Both the position numbers and the translations under genes were made by a program. The notes under the pieces were generated by a model. That model did not search any database. It was not told where the DNA came from and was given only the letters and a program-made list of their open reading frames with translations. This document shows, in pieces, positions 18,242 through 27,862 of a stretch of DNA of 64,000 nucleotides. Each line of letters starts with the position of its first letter. Position 1 is the stretch's first letter. Source of the DNA: Patescibacteria group bacterium (lineage in GTDB: Bacteria; Patescibacteriota; Minisyncoccia; JAHISW01; Tagabacteraceae); the NCBI GenBank assembly GCA_018819015.1, contig JAHJQY010000016.1, positions 18,064 to 82,063 of the forward strand, read 5' to 3'.

Positions 18242-20587
18242 TTAATACCAAAAACGATAAATCTCAACCAGTTCTCCCCAGTTGTCTCCGGCCAGCACAT
18301 CAACCGCCACCGGCACGCCCGGAAGATTTTCTTCTTCCATAATTTTTTTAATCACCGGCGCTATTTCTCCAACCAGACTATTTTCCGCTTCAAAAATCAA
18401 TTCATCGTGAACTTGCAAAAGCAGATGTATTTTCCCGGAAAAATCTTTTTTTGATAAAACGCCGTCCAACTTAACCATGGCCCGCTTGATAATATCGGCT
18501 GCCGTGCCCTGAATCGGCGCGTTAACCGCCATTCTTTCCGCTTCTTTCCGAATATATTCAATGGGGGAATTAATTTCCGGCAGATAACGGCGGCGGCCAA
18601 ACATGGTCTCGGTAAAGCCGTTCTTTCTGGCGTTATGTTTTATCTTTTCCAGATAATCGGCCATGCCGGCGAAATCATGAAAATATTCTTCGTAAAAAAT
18701 TCTGGCTTCTTCTTGCGAACAATTAAGATTTTTCTTCAGACTGTTAATGCCCATGCCGTAAATAATGCCGAAGTTGATTATTTTGGCGCGCCGCCTCATT
18801 TCAGAAGTCACTTCTTCAAAAGGAGTGTTAAAAACTTCGGAAGCGACTTTTGCGTGAATGTCTTTGTTGTTAACAAAGGCATCTTTTAATTTTTCATCGC
18901 CGCTCAAGGCGGCGGCTATCCGCAATTCTATCTGCGAATAGTCAAAAGAAATCAAACTCCATTTTTTTGGAGCCACAAAAGCCCGGCGGACGGCGCGGCC
19001 GAATTCAGTTCTGGTGGGGATATTCTGCAAATTCGGCTCGGAAGACGAAAGCCGGCCGGTGGTTGTGCCGGTCTGGTTAAAAGAAGTATGAAGGCGGCTA
19101 TCTTTGTCAACCAATTTAGGCAAATTATCAATATAAGTTGATGTTAATTTTGCCAGTTCCCGGTAGGAAAATATTTCATCTACAATCGGGTGCCTGTCCT
19201 GTATTTTTTCCAGCTCGGAAAAACGGGTGGAAATCGCCCCCTGGCCGGTGCGGCGCATTCCCTTGGAAGAAACGCCCAGCTTGTTAAACAGCGCGTCTCC
19301 TAGTTGTTTGGGAGAATTGATATTAAATTCAAATCCGGCCAGTTTCCAAATTTTCTTTTCCAAAAATTCAAGGCGGCGATGATATTCTTTGGAAATTTTT
19401 TTCAAATGGTCCGTATCCAGCAAAATCCCTCTTTGCTCCATTTTGGAAAAAATATGAATCAGGGGCAATTCCGTTTCAAAAAAAAGTTTGGCAAAATTTG
19501 TTTTCTTAATTTCTTCATTCAATAATTTACTTGCTTCTTTCAGAGAAGGAACTTTTGTTTCGTTTATAATATCTTCAACAGATGGATTAACCCGGCGGGA
19601 ATCCAGCATCCAAAAGGCCAGTTTGGTTTCTTTTTCCAGCGCCGCGCCGTTTTCTTCAAAAGAAGCTGTTTCGTTTTCCGTTTCTCCCAACGGAAGTTTT
19701 TTCAAAAAACTTTTAAAACCGAATTCTTGAAAAAATTCTTTCACTTTGCCGGCCTCAAAACCAACGCCCCATTCGGAATCTTCAAGAGAAAATTCCATTG
19801 GCGCGTCCTTTCTTGTCTGAGCCAGCGCCTTGCTAAAAAACGCTTCCTCCTCGTTTTCTTCAAGCAGTTTTATTATTCTCGGCTTGATACCGGCTCTTTC
19901 AAACAAATCGGGAGATTTTTTGATCTTCTTATATAAATCTTCCAGCGAGCCAAAATTTTGTATCAAAATTTTGGCGGTCTTCTCGCCGATGCCGACCACG
20001 CCGATTATGTTATCCGACGGGTCGCCCATCAGACCCTTAAAGTCAGGGAGAAGCTCTGGCCGAAAACCATATCTTTCTTTAACCGCTTTTTCGTCGTAAA
20101 TAACAGAATCGAACATACCCTTCCGCATGGTAAAAACTTCCACGCCCGGCCGAACCAATTGCAACGCGTCCAAATCTCCAGTCACTATAATAATTTTTAA
20201 TCCTGATTTTTTTAACTGATGAACAATTGAAGCAAGGACATCATCTGCTTCAAAACCGGCTTTTTCATAAATCGGAACGCCGAATAATTTCAGAATTTTT
20301 TTTGATTTCTCAATTTGAGAACTTAGCTCGTCGTCCATTTTCGGCCGCTTGGCTTTATACTGGTCGTAAACTTGATGCCTGAAAGTGGGCTCCGGCAAAT
20401 CAAAACAAGCCGCGATATAATCGGGCTTCAAATCTTTTATGATTTTTAAAAAAGTGGAAATAAAACCGAACAGCGCGCCGGTGGGCTCGCCCCGAGGGGA
20501 AGTCAGGCCGGGCAGGGCATGAAAAGCGCGGTGCAAAACCGCGTGAGAATCAAGCAAAACCAAAGTTTTTTTTCCTTCCCGCGCCAT
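18242..20587 (-). CDS. polA: DNA polymerase I (5'-3' exonuclease + polymerase)
   Basis: LLDSHAVLHRAFHA, GFEADD, GDPSDNI, TGRLSSSEPNLQNIP, DYSQIELR, QVHDEL. Confidence 0.97.
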   Translation of the reverse strand: MAREGKKTLVLLDSHAVLHRAFHALPGLTSPRGEPTGALFGFISTFLKIIKDLKPDYIAACFDLPEPTFRHQVYDQYKAKRPKMDDELSSQIEKSKKILKLFGVPIYEKAGFEADDVLASIVHQLKKSGLKIIIVTGDLDALQLVRPGVEVFTMRKGMFDSVIYDEKAVKERYGFRPELLPDFKGLMGDPSDNIIGVVGIGEKTAKILIQNFGSLEDLYKKIKKSPDLFERAGIKPRIIKLLEENEEEAFFSKALAQTRKDAPMEFSLEDSEWGVGFEAGKVKEFFQEFGFKSFLKKLPLGETENETASFEENGAALEKETKLAFWMLDSRRVNPSVEDIINETKVPSLKEASKLLNEEIKKTNFAKLFFETELPLIHIFSKMEQRGILLDTDHLKKISKEYHRRLEFLEKKIWKLAGFEFNINSPKQLGDALFNKLGVSSKGMRRTGQGAISTRFSELEKIQDRHPIVDEIFSYRELAKLTSTYIDNLPKLVDKDSRLHTSFNQTGTTTGRLSSSEPNLQNIPTRTEFGRAVRRAFVAPKKWSLISFDYSQIELRIAAALSGDEKLKDAFVNNKDIHAKVASEVFNTPFEEVTSEMRRRAKIINFGIIYGMGINSLKKNLNCSQEEARIFYEEYFHDFAGMADYLEKIKHNARKNGFTETMFGRRRYLPEINSPIEYIRKEAERMAVNAPIQGTAADIIKRAMVKLDGVLSKKDFSGKIHLLLQVHDELIFEAENSLVGEIAPVIKKIMEEENLPGVPVAVDVLAGDNWGELVEIYRFWY

Positions 20588-20616
20588 ATATATACCTTAG
20601 TATACATTACTCATAT

Positions 20617-20746
20617 ATTATCCAAAACTCTGCGACCGCTTAAAATTGGATAGTGATTAAAATATTGGAAATAAAAAACTTGTGTATAGCCACCGCCGAC
20701 CGGCGTTAACTATATAACCATGTCCGGTCGGACATGGTTATATAGT
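20617..20746. repeat. cluster of three 38-bp CGGTCG-centred inverted-repeat elements
   Basis: 20617-20654, degenerate 20681-20718, and perfect 18-bp-arm palindrome 20709-20746. Confidence 0.8.
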
Positions 20747-20764
20747 GTTAATTTATTATTGATA

Positions 20765-21196
20765 TTATCGACTTACGAAATCGATAATTCGTCTTTTTTC
20801 GTCCAAATGCTCAAATTTTATCCAGATAGTATTCTTGGGCAGGATTTTTTTAACTTTCTCCGCCCATTCCACCAAAATTATATTTTCCGGATTATTAACC
20901 AACTCCTCCCACCCCAGATATAAAATTTCCTTGGGATTGTCAATTCTATAAGCGTCAATATGTACTAAATTTTTGAATTTCTTGAGTATTACAAAAGTAG
21001 GACTGGTAATTTTATCCTTTATTCCCAACGCCTTGGCAAATCCCTGAACAAAAACCGTCTTGCCCGCGCCCAAATCGCCGCTCAAAGCAATAACACAAGC
21101 CTCGCACGACTTCCGAAGTCGTGTGGATATGATTTTTTTAGCCAGAGATTCGGCCAACTTACCGGTCTGACCGCAGGTGCGACTAATTTTTCTCAT
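20765..21196 (-). CDS. tsaE: tRNA threonylcarbamoyladenosine biosynthesis ATPase TsaE
   Basis: LSGDLGAGKT, SPTFVI, HIDAYR, VEWAE; start uncertain (21196 or 21214). Confidence 0.95.
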   Translation of the reverse strand: MRKISRTCGQTGKLAESLAKKIISTRLRKSCEACVIALSGDLGAGKTVFVQGFAKALGIKDKITSPTFVILKKFKNLVHIDAYRIDNPKEILYLGWEELVNNPENIILVEWAEKVKKILPKNTIWIKFEHLDEKRRIIDFVSR

Positions 21197-21269
21197 AAAC
21201 TCATTACACCGCAAAATCGAACAGACTGCAATATTGATAAGATTTTTTCAAAATGCTAAAAGAAGAATA

Positions 21270-22337
21270 ATGATTGAGAGAATCAAGCCACTTATTGAAA
21301 ACTCCGGAAGCTTCGGCCTGCTGACCGACCAAAATCCGGAAGACCATGAATTCCTGGCCAAAGAAGCTCTGAAAAAAACAATAAGCCAGAAGTTTTTGCC
21401 TGTTTTAGACCTGCCCCGGCCGCATACGGAACTTCTGGAAAAATGGTCTGCTATAATAAAACCGGTTCAGGAAATTGAATTTCCCAAAAAAACTCTTTTA
21501 AAATTGCCAAAAAGCAAATATGGCATCAAAGAAGTGGCCTACAAAGAAGATGGGGAAAATTTGGCGCTGGTGATAACCTCGGACAACGGCTTAATTTCCA
21601 GCAATGACATCTCTTTTGAAACACTTCTTCCTGAAACAGAAACAGTTTTTTGTTTTTTTGAAAACCAAGCCAAGCTGGAAAAATTTCAAGGCATGCTGCA
21701 ACTGCCCGATAATGAAAAAATAGTATTTCTTTCTCCAAACCGCAGAACGCAAACGGAAAAAGTTTTTGAAATTATAAAAATCTTTAATCCCGACATCCTG
21801 GAAGACGCGGGGATTTCCAGCCTTCTTTACGCGGCCCTTGTTTCAGAAACGAATAATTTTTCAGAAAAAAACACAAAAGAAGTTTTGTCCCTGGGGAGTC
21901 TTCTTTTGGAAAATACAATTCAACATGAAATAATTTCGGAAATTCTGGAAAAAGAAAAAAGCGACATTTCTCCGCAGCTTTTTGGACGCGCTTTGGCGCG
22001 CACTTTTATTGACCCCCTACTCAATATCTCCTGGAGTTTTCTGAACAGCCGAGATTTGCAAAAAACCAACAGCTCATCAATTTCTTTAAAAAGCTTATAT
22101 AAAATAACTCAAAAAATAAGTAAGATTATAACCAGCCAGAATCTGCATATCTTAATTTGGCAGTCCATAGACGGCATACAGGCCTTGGTGGCCGCCGGCA
22201 AAGGCAGGAATGAATCATTCCTTCTGCCTTTTGCCGAGAAAATGAACGCCGCGCCCCAAAGCCGCTTTTTTACGGTGGGGCCTTTCAAAAATTTCTCCGA
22301 GGCGGAAATCTATCTGCGAGACGCTTTAAAAACCTAG
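21270..22337 (+). CDS. degenerate DHH/DHHA1 phosphoesterase-like protein
   Basis: LYAALVSETNNF and LFGRALAR resemble DHH-family segments; canonical DxD/DHH residues not seen. Confidence 0.55.
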   Translation: MIERIKPLIENSGSFGLLTDQNPEDHEFLAKEALKKTISQKFLPVLDLPRPHTELLEKWSAIIKPVQEIEFPKKTLLKLPKSKYGIKEVAYKEDGENLALVITSDNGLISSNDISFETLLPETETVFCFFENQAKLEKFQGMLQLPDNEKIVFLSPNRRTQTEKVFEIIKIFNPDILEDAGISSLLYAALVSETNNFSEKNTKEVLSLGSLLLENTIQHEIISEILEKEKSDISPQLFGRALARTFIDPLLNISWSFLNSRDLQKTNSSSISLKSLYKITQKISKIITSQNLHILIWQSIDGIQALVAAGKGRNESFLLPFAEKMNAAPQSRFFTVGPFKNFSEAEIYLRDALKT

Positions 22338-22361
22338 AATAGATGTGATAAAATTAAAACA

Positions 22362-24026
22362 GTGCCTAAATTCCAAGAAGAACAACAAAAAAAGAAGCTT
22401 GAACAAATCAGAGAACGGGAAGAGGAAGATGTAACAAAAATATTGTCTGAAAAATACAAAATTCCTTATCTTGACCTCTCAGAAATGACCATAGATTTGG
22501 ATTACTTGAAAATAATTCCCGAGCAGCAGGCGCGTGAAGCGAAAATGGCCGTTTTTCAGGGGGTGGGGAAGAAAATACAGGTAGCGACGCAAAACCCAAA
22601 ACTTGAGCTCGCGCAAAATATTCTAAAAAATCTGGAGGAAAAATACCAAATCCAAACTTTTTTGGTTTCTCTGTCAAATCTTGAAAAAGCATGGAAAAAA
22701 TACAAGGAAGTTCCGGAATTCGTAGAGCTGAGAAAAGGAATAATTGACGTATCGCCGGAAAGAATAGAAGAATTTTCTTCCCAAACAACTTCTCTGGAAA
22801 AACTTAAAGAAATTTTTAACCAAAGCGTCACCAGCAAAAAAAATCGCAGTATTTCAGAACTGATAGAAATAATGCTGGGTGGAGCGCTGGCAATGGATGC
22901 TTCCGATATCCACATTGAACCGCAAGAAAACAAGGTAAAAGTGCGTTTCCGTTTTGATGGAGTGCTACACGATATTTTAGAGTTCAATCCCCAGCCATAC
23001 CAACTGCTGATTTCCAGAATAAAACTGGTCTCTGAAATGAAATTAAACATAAAAGACCAAGCGCAAGACGGGCGATTTTCAATAAAAGTCAAAGGGTTAG
23101 AAATAGAAGTGCGTTCATCAATTATTCCCAGCCCTTACGGAGAATCAATTGTCATGAGAATCCTGAACCCCAAATCAATCAATGTTCCATTGGAAGCGCT
23201 GGGAATACATCCGGACCTCCTTGAAATAATCAAGAAAGAAATCAAAAAACCTAACGGCATGATATTAACCACCGGCCCTACCGGCTCAGGGAAAACCACG
23301 AGTCTTTACACCTTCCTGAAAGAAGTAAACAGCCCTTCCGTAAAAATCATTACAATTGAAAATCCTATTGAATATCACCTGACGGGAATAACCCAGACAC
23401 AGACAAGGGGGAAAAATTACACTTTTGCCTCTGGCTTGCGCTCAATACTGCGCCAAGACCCTGATATTATCATGGTCGGCGAAATAAGGGACCTGGAAAC
23501 GGCTGAAACCGCGCTGAACGCGGCTTTAACCGGCCACCTGGTCCTATCCACTCTCCATACCAATGACGCCGCCGGCATCATCCCTAGACTAATAGAACTT
23601 GGCGCCAACCCAGCTACAATTGCTCCAGCCATTAATCTGGCCCTGGCCCAACGCTTGGTGAGAAAATTGTGCCAAAACTGCAGAAAAGAATATTTACCAG
23701 ACGAAAAAGAAATGGAAACCATAGAAAAAATCGTTAATTCTTTCCCCCAGGGCAAAAAGAAACCAAATATAAAAAATATTAAATTATTTAAAGCGGTTGG
23801 CTGCGACCAGTGCCGAAAAACTGGTTATAAGGGACGAACCGGCATTTTTGAAGGAATAATAGTTGATGACGAAACAGAAAAATTAATATTAAAAAAACCG
23901 TCACGAACGGAATTAATAGATCGAGCGAAAAAACAAGGATTTTTAAATATGCAGCAAGATGCAATTTTGAAAATAATAAATGGAGACACTTCTTTAGAAG
24001 AAGTAAATAGGGTTATAGAACTTTAA
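22362..24026 (+). CDS. GspE/PilB-family secretion ATPase (paralog 1)
   Basis: ASDIHIEP, TGPTGSGKTT, LRQDPDIIMVGEIRD, STLHTND, CQNC/CDQC zinc motif. Confidence 0.95.
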   Translation: MPKFQEEQQKKKLEQIREREEEDVTKILSEKYKIPYLDLSEMTIDLDYLKIIPEQQAREAKMAVFQGVGKKIQVATQNPKLELAQNILKNLEEKYQIQTFLVSLSNLEKAWKKYKEVPEFVELRKGIIDVSPERIEEFSSQTTSLEKLKEIFNQSVTSKKNRSISELIEIMLGGALAMDASDIHIEPQENKVKVRFRFDGVLHDILEFNPQPYQLLISRIKLVSEMKLNIKDQAQDGRFSIKVKGLEIEVRSSIIPSPYGESIVMRILNPKSINVPLEALGIHPDLLEIIKKEIKKPNGMILTTGPTGSGKTTSLYTFLKEVNSPSVKIITIENPIEYHLTGITQTQTRGKNYTFASGLRSILRQDPDIIMVGEIRDLETAETALNAALTGHLVLSTLHTNDAAGIIPRLIELGANPATIAPAINLALAQRLVRKLCQNCRKEYLPDEKEMETIEKIVNSFPQGKKKPNIKNIKLFKAVGCDQCRKTGYKGRTGIFEGIIVDDETEKLILKKPSRTELIDRAKKQGFLNMQQDAILKIINGDTSLEEVNRVIEL

Positions 24027-24231
24027 ATTGAGCCCTAAAATCTCCAAGCAATAACTTTTAGTGTGGGCACCAAAAGTTTTGGGATTCTCCCGGGATAACC
24101 CTCGCCTATTTGAATAAACAAACAAACCAGGATGTCCTTAAACAAAATCCCTGGAAAGGTAAATAAATAACTTCATTGCTTGGAGATTTTAAAGATCAAT
24201 CCCGCCCAAGCGAGATAAATATTTTGTTTAT
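24027..24231 (-). ncRNA. candidate structured non-coding RNA or MITE-like element
   Basis: 17-bp inverted repeat 24036-24052/24175-24191, internal hairpins, consensus promoter immediately upstream on - strand, no substantial ORF. Confidence 0.45.
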
Positions 24232-24237
24232 TAGGTT

Positions 24238-24266
24238 ATTGTATCAATAAAATTAAGCTTTGTCAA
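24238..24266 (-). promoter_or_regulatory. sigma70-type promoter TTGACA-N17-TACAAT
   Basis: minus strand TTGACA aagcttaattttattga TACAAT. Confidence 0.75.
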
Positions 24267-24272
24267 GTACCT

Positions 24273-25298
24273 ATGACGACATCAAAAAAAGAGCAATTGC
24301 CAGAAGACCGATACGAAGACCGGTCTTTGGATGTTGCCCTGCGGCCAAAAGCTTGGGATGAATATATTGGTCAAAAAAACATCAAAAAAAATCTGAAAAT
24401 TCTCATAGACGCAGCCGGAGAAAGAAAAGAACCAATAGAACATCTTCTTTTTTACGGGCCGGCCGGCTTGGGCAAAACCACCCTAGCTCATGTTGTTGCA
24501 AAAGAAACAAATGCTTCAATGAAAATCAGTTCGGGTCCGGCCATAGAAAAAGTGGGGGATCTAGCCTCGGTGCTGACCAACCTCGCGCCCGGAGAAATAC
24601 TCTTCATAGACGAAGCCCATCGGCTGAACAAATCCATAGAAGAAATACTTTACCCGGCAATGGAATCAAGGTCGTTAAATATTATAATAGGCAAAGGGGC
24701 GTCGGCCAGAACTATTCAATTGGAATTGCCGCCGTTCACTCTTATCGCCGCGACAACAAAAATAGCCGCCTTGTCAGCGCCGCTGCGGTCTCGTTTTTCC
24801 GGAGGAACTTTCAAATTAGAGCCCTATGAAACAAAAGAGATTGAAAAAATCATCGAGCGCTCGGCAATTATTCTGGGAGTCAAAATAGACGACGAAGCCG
24901 CCCAGAAAATAGCCGAAAGAAGCAGATTCACTCCCAGAGTGGCAAATCGGCTCTTAAAACGCTGCCGCGACTTCGCGCAAATAAACAAACATAAAGTCAT
25001 CAGCCAAGACATAGTAGAACAGACTCTCCAATTGCTAGAAATAGACGAAAAAGGGCTTGAAAACACGGATAGAAATATTATACTGACAATCATAAAAAAA
25101 TTTAGCGGCGGGCCGGTCGGGCTGCAGACATTGTCAGCCGCCACCTCCGAAGACTCGGCAACAATAGAAGACGTTTACGAGCCCTACCTGATTAAATTGG
25201 GATTTATAGAAAGAACTCCTCGCGGACGAAAAGCCACGCCTCATGCCTATGAACATTTAAACATAACCAACCCCGGCCAACAAAACACACTATTATGA
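24273..25298 (+). CDS. ruvB: Holliday junction branch migration helicase RuvB
   Basis: LRPK, GPAGLGKTTLA, LFIDEAHRL, EPYLIKLGFIERTPRGR. Confidence 0.98.
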   Translation: MTTSKKEQLPEDRYEDRSLDVALRPKAWDEYIGQKNIKKNLKILIDAAGERKEPIEHLLFYGPAGLGKTTLAHVVAKETNASMKISSGPAIEKVGDLASVLTNLAPGEILFIDEAHRLNKSIEEILYPAMESRSLNIIIGKGASARTIQLELPPFTLIAATTKIAALSAPLRSRFSGGTFKLEPYETKEIEKIIERSAIILGVKIDDEAAQKIAERSRFTPRVANRLLKRCRDFAQINKHKVISQDIVEQTLQLLEIDEKGLENTDRNIILTIIKKFSGGPVGLQTLSAATSEDSATIEDVYEPYLIKLGFIERTPRGRKATPHAYEHLNITNPGQQNTLL

Positions 25299-25834
25299 GC
25301 GGGCATTCAAAATGGTCAAAAGTAAAACATCAGAAAGCGCTGACTGACGCGAAAAAAAGCCAGGCGTTTTCAAAAATATCGCGCTTGGTCAGCATTGCCG
25401 CCAAAAAAGGCGGCGACCCAGAAATGAACCCGGGACTCAAATACGCCATCGGCCAGGCAAAATCTGCCAACATGCCATCAGATAAAATAGAACGCGCTAT
25501 AAAAAAAGGGGCTGGCGAGATGGAGGGAGAAAGACTGGAAGAAGTCGTCTATGAAGCTTTTGGCCCGGAAGGCAGCGCCTTGCTGATAACGGGCATCACC
25601 GACAACAAAAACCGGACCACCGGACAAATAAAACATTTGTTATCCGACTTGGGCGCGAAAATGGGAGAACCAGGAACAGCGGCCTGGGCTTTTGAAAGAC
25701 TGCCCGACAAAACGTGGAAGGCTAAAAATTTAATAAATACTTCTACGGAAGGCAAAGAAAAAATCAAAAAACTAATTGAAGAACTGGAACAACACGAAGA
25801 CCTGCAATCTATTTATACCAACGTTAACTTATGA
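25295..25834 (+). CDS. yebC: YebC/PmpR-family protein (short form)
   Basis: MSGHSKW, ANMPSDKIERAI, TDNKNRT, IYTN. Confidence 0.93.
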   Translation: MSGHSKWSKVKHQKALTDAKKSQAFSKISRLVSIAAKKGGDPEMNPGLKYAIGQAKSANMPSDKIERAIKKGAGEMEGERLEEVVYEAFGPEGSALLITGITDNKNRTTGQIKHLLSDLGAKMGEPGTAAWAFERLPDKTWKAKNLINTSTEGKEKIKKLIEELEQHEDLQSIYTNVNL

Positions 25835-26304
25835 TAATTCTGGGAATTGACCCCGGCTATGGCCGGCTGGGCTACGCGGTGCTAGAAAAAAACGACAAAG
25901 AAAACTTGATTGATTGCGGTTGTTTGGAAACAACCTCCAAAGAAGAACATTCAGACAGAATTCTTAAAATAGCCGACGGGGTTGAAAAAATCATTAAAAA
26001 ATACAAGCCGGAAATACTGGCTATTGAAAAAATTTACTTCACGACCAATCAAAAAACAGCGCTTAAGGTTTCAGAAATTAAAGGTATTATTACTTATTTG
26101 GCCCTGAAAAATAAAATGCGGCTTGCCGAATATACCCCCCTGGAAGTAAAGATAGCGGTTTGCGGTTATGGCCGAGCGCCTAAGGAGCAAATTAAAAAAA
26201 TGGTGGATTTGTTAATCAAAGTAAAAAATCCGCCCAAAAACGACGACACCTACGACGCCATCGCGCTGTGTTTAACTTGTTCGGCCACCCTGCCTTGCCG
26301 GTAG
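25831..26304 (+). CDS. ruvC: crossover junction endodeoxyribonuclease RuvC
   Basis: ILGIDPG, AIEKIYF, EYTPLEVK..GYGRA.K, DDTYDA. Confidence 0.95.
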   Translation: MIILGIDPGYGRLGYAVLEKNDKENLIDCGCLETTSKEEHSDRILKIADGVEKIIKKYKPEILAIEKIYFTTNQKTALKVSEIKGIITYLALKNKMRLAEYTPLEVKIAVCGYGRAPKEQIKKMVDLLIKVKNPPKNDDTYDAIALCLTCSATLPCR

Positions 26305-26442
26305 GCAGACCTCTTTACAAAAAAAAGTTTTTCTGATAAACATTATTAAGTCCCGCTTAGGCGAGGCAAACCCCGCCTTATGGCGGGGTAAATAAGGTCG
26401 GAAACCCTTAGATTATATTTAGAATTAAAGTATTTTATTAAT

Positions 26443-26562
26443 ATGGACGAAAAAGAAAAAGAATTAGAGTTAGACGCCGAGAAAACTGACGAAGACGAGG
26501 AAGTAGACGCGGTGGCTGACGACGCGGAAGAAACCGAAGAAGTAGAAGAAGAAACCGAGTAA
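26443..26562 (+). CDS. 39-aa extremely acidic small protein (absent from ORF track)
   Basis: MDEKEKELELDAEKTDEDEEVDAVADDAEETEEVEEETE; structured leader upstream and terminator directly downstream. Confidence 0.7.
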   Translation: MDEKEKELELDAEKTDEDEEVDAVADDAEETEEVEEETE

Positions 26563-26564
26563 TT

Positions 26565-26600
26565 AAAAACAAATCCCGCCAATTGGCGGGATTTGTTTTT
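26565..26600. terminator. bidirectional intrinsic terminator
   Basis: AAAAACAAATCCCGCC-AATT-GGCGGGATTTGTTTTT between convergent genes. Confidence 0.85.
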
Positions 26601-27795
26601 ACCCAAAAACCAACTTAACAAAAACTTTCTTCCCAACCCGGACAACACCGGGATTTATTATTTTGAAATGAATATCACTTATTGCCTCACCATTAAAATC
26701 AATCGCTCCGTCTTTTATAAGTCTGCGAAATTCCATGTTGGAAGAAATTATATTATTAAACAAAAGCGCGTCTTTTAATTCACTGTCTTTTTTAACAATA
26801 ATTTCTTTGGCATCTTCCGGCAACTCTCTTTTTTGAAAAGTTTTTATAAAATTATCTTGGGCTTGTTTAGTTTTTTTCTCTCCAAAAAACAATTTGATAA
26901 TTTCGTGAGCCGCAATTTTTTTAGCCTCCATTTTATCTCCCATTTTTTTAATTTTTTCCACCTCCGGTAAAGGTAGACGAGTATTGTTAACCAGAAAAAT
27001 TTCCGTCATCTCGTCGGGCTGAGACATAATGGCGCCAAACATTTCTCTTGGCGCTAAATCAAGAAAAACTCCGGTGCCACGGCTTTTGGACATCATCTCA
27101 CCAGTCTTGGGGTTTTCCATTAAATTAACCACCAAAACAAACTTATTTTTATTTTTAAATTTTTTTAACAATGTCCGGCCAACCAAAGCGTTAAAAATTT
27201 GATCCGTGCCGCACATTTCCACATCAACATCCAATTCAACACTGTCATAACCCTGCATCAATGGATATAAAAACTCGTGAAGATAAATGGGCTTATTTTC
27301 CGTCATTCTTTTTTGGAACATATCCCGGCCCAACAGCTGCTGGATAGTCAGATTTGAAGCTAAATCCACCACTTTCTCAAAACGAAGTTTGGAAAGCCAT
27401 TTATTATTATATAAAACTTTGGGTGGATTATTTTTATCCTTAAAATCCATCAGGGGACTAATTTGTTCTAGCCACCCCTTAACATTTTCCTTAATTTCAT
27501 CCGAAGAAAGCTGTTTTCTGCCTTCGCTTTGGTCTGTCGGGTCGCCAATTCTGGCGGTAAAATCACCTACCAAAACTATAACTTCGTGACCCAGTTGACG
27601 GAATTCCTCCAAAAGCAAATAATTTTTGGCATGGCTCAAATGAAGAGAAGGAGAAGTCGGATCAGCCCCGATATAAAATCTCAAACATTGACCGCTCAAA
27701 AGTTTATCTTTAAATTCTTTCAAAGAAGGGATAGCGTCTACAATCACGCCCCTGTTTAGAATTTCGTCAATTTTTTTCTCATCTTTTTTTATCAT
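26599..27795 (-). CDS. tyrS: tyrosine--tRNA ligase
   Basis: GADPTSPSLHLSH, YPLMQGYDS, GTDQ, MMSKS, S4-like VRVGKK end. Confidence 0.96.
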   Translation of the reverse strand: MIKKDEKKIDEILNRGVIVDAIPSLKEFKDKLLSGQCLRFYIGADPTSPSLHLSHAKNYLLLEEFRQLGHEVIVLVGDFTARIGDPTDQSEGRKQLSSDEIKENVKGWLEQISPLMDFKDKNNPPKVLYNNKWLSKLRFEKVVDLASNLTIQQLLGRDMFQKRMTENKPIYLHEFLYPLMQGYDSVELDVDVEMCGTDQIFNALVGRTLLKKFKNKNKFVLVVNLMENPKTGEMMSKSRGTGVFLDLAPREMFGAIMSQPDEMTEIFLVNNTRLPLPEVEKIKKMGDKMEAKKIAAHEIIKLFFGEKKTKQAQDNFIKTFQKRELPEDAKEIIVKKDSELKDALLFNNIISSNMEFRRLIKDGAIDFNGEAISDIHFKIINPGVVRVGKKVFVKLVFG

Positions 27796-27862
27796 AGTTA
27801 TAATTTACCAAAAATATTGAATAAATACAATTTTTGTGTTAATTTGCAAGAATAATATCTTT

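Noticed and set aside
20720-20923. 67-aa ORF starting inside the palindrome
   Set aside because: Its ATG is part of the repeat arm and the rest is antisense to tsaE.
26360-26410. c-di-GMP-I riboswitch (GGCAAACC start)
   Set aside because: Lacks the GAAA tetraloop and GACGCAAAG junction; kept only as an unknown structured leader.
26346-26648. 100-aa Ser-rich minus-strand ORF
   Set aside because: Shadow of the acidic + strand peptide and crosses a terminator.
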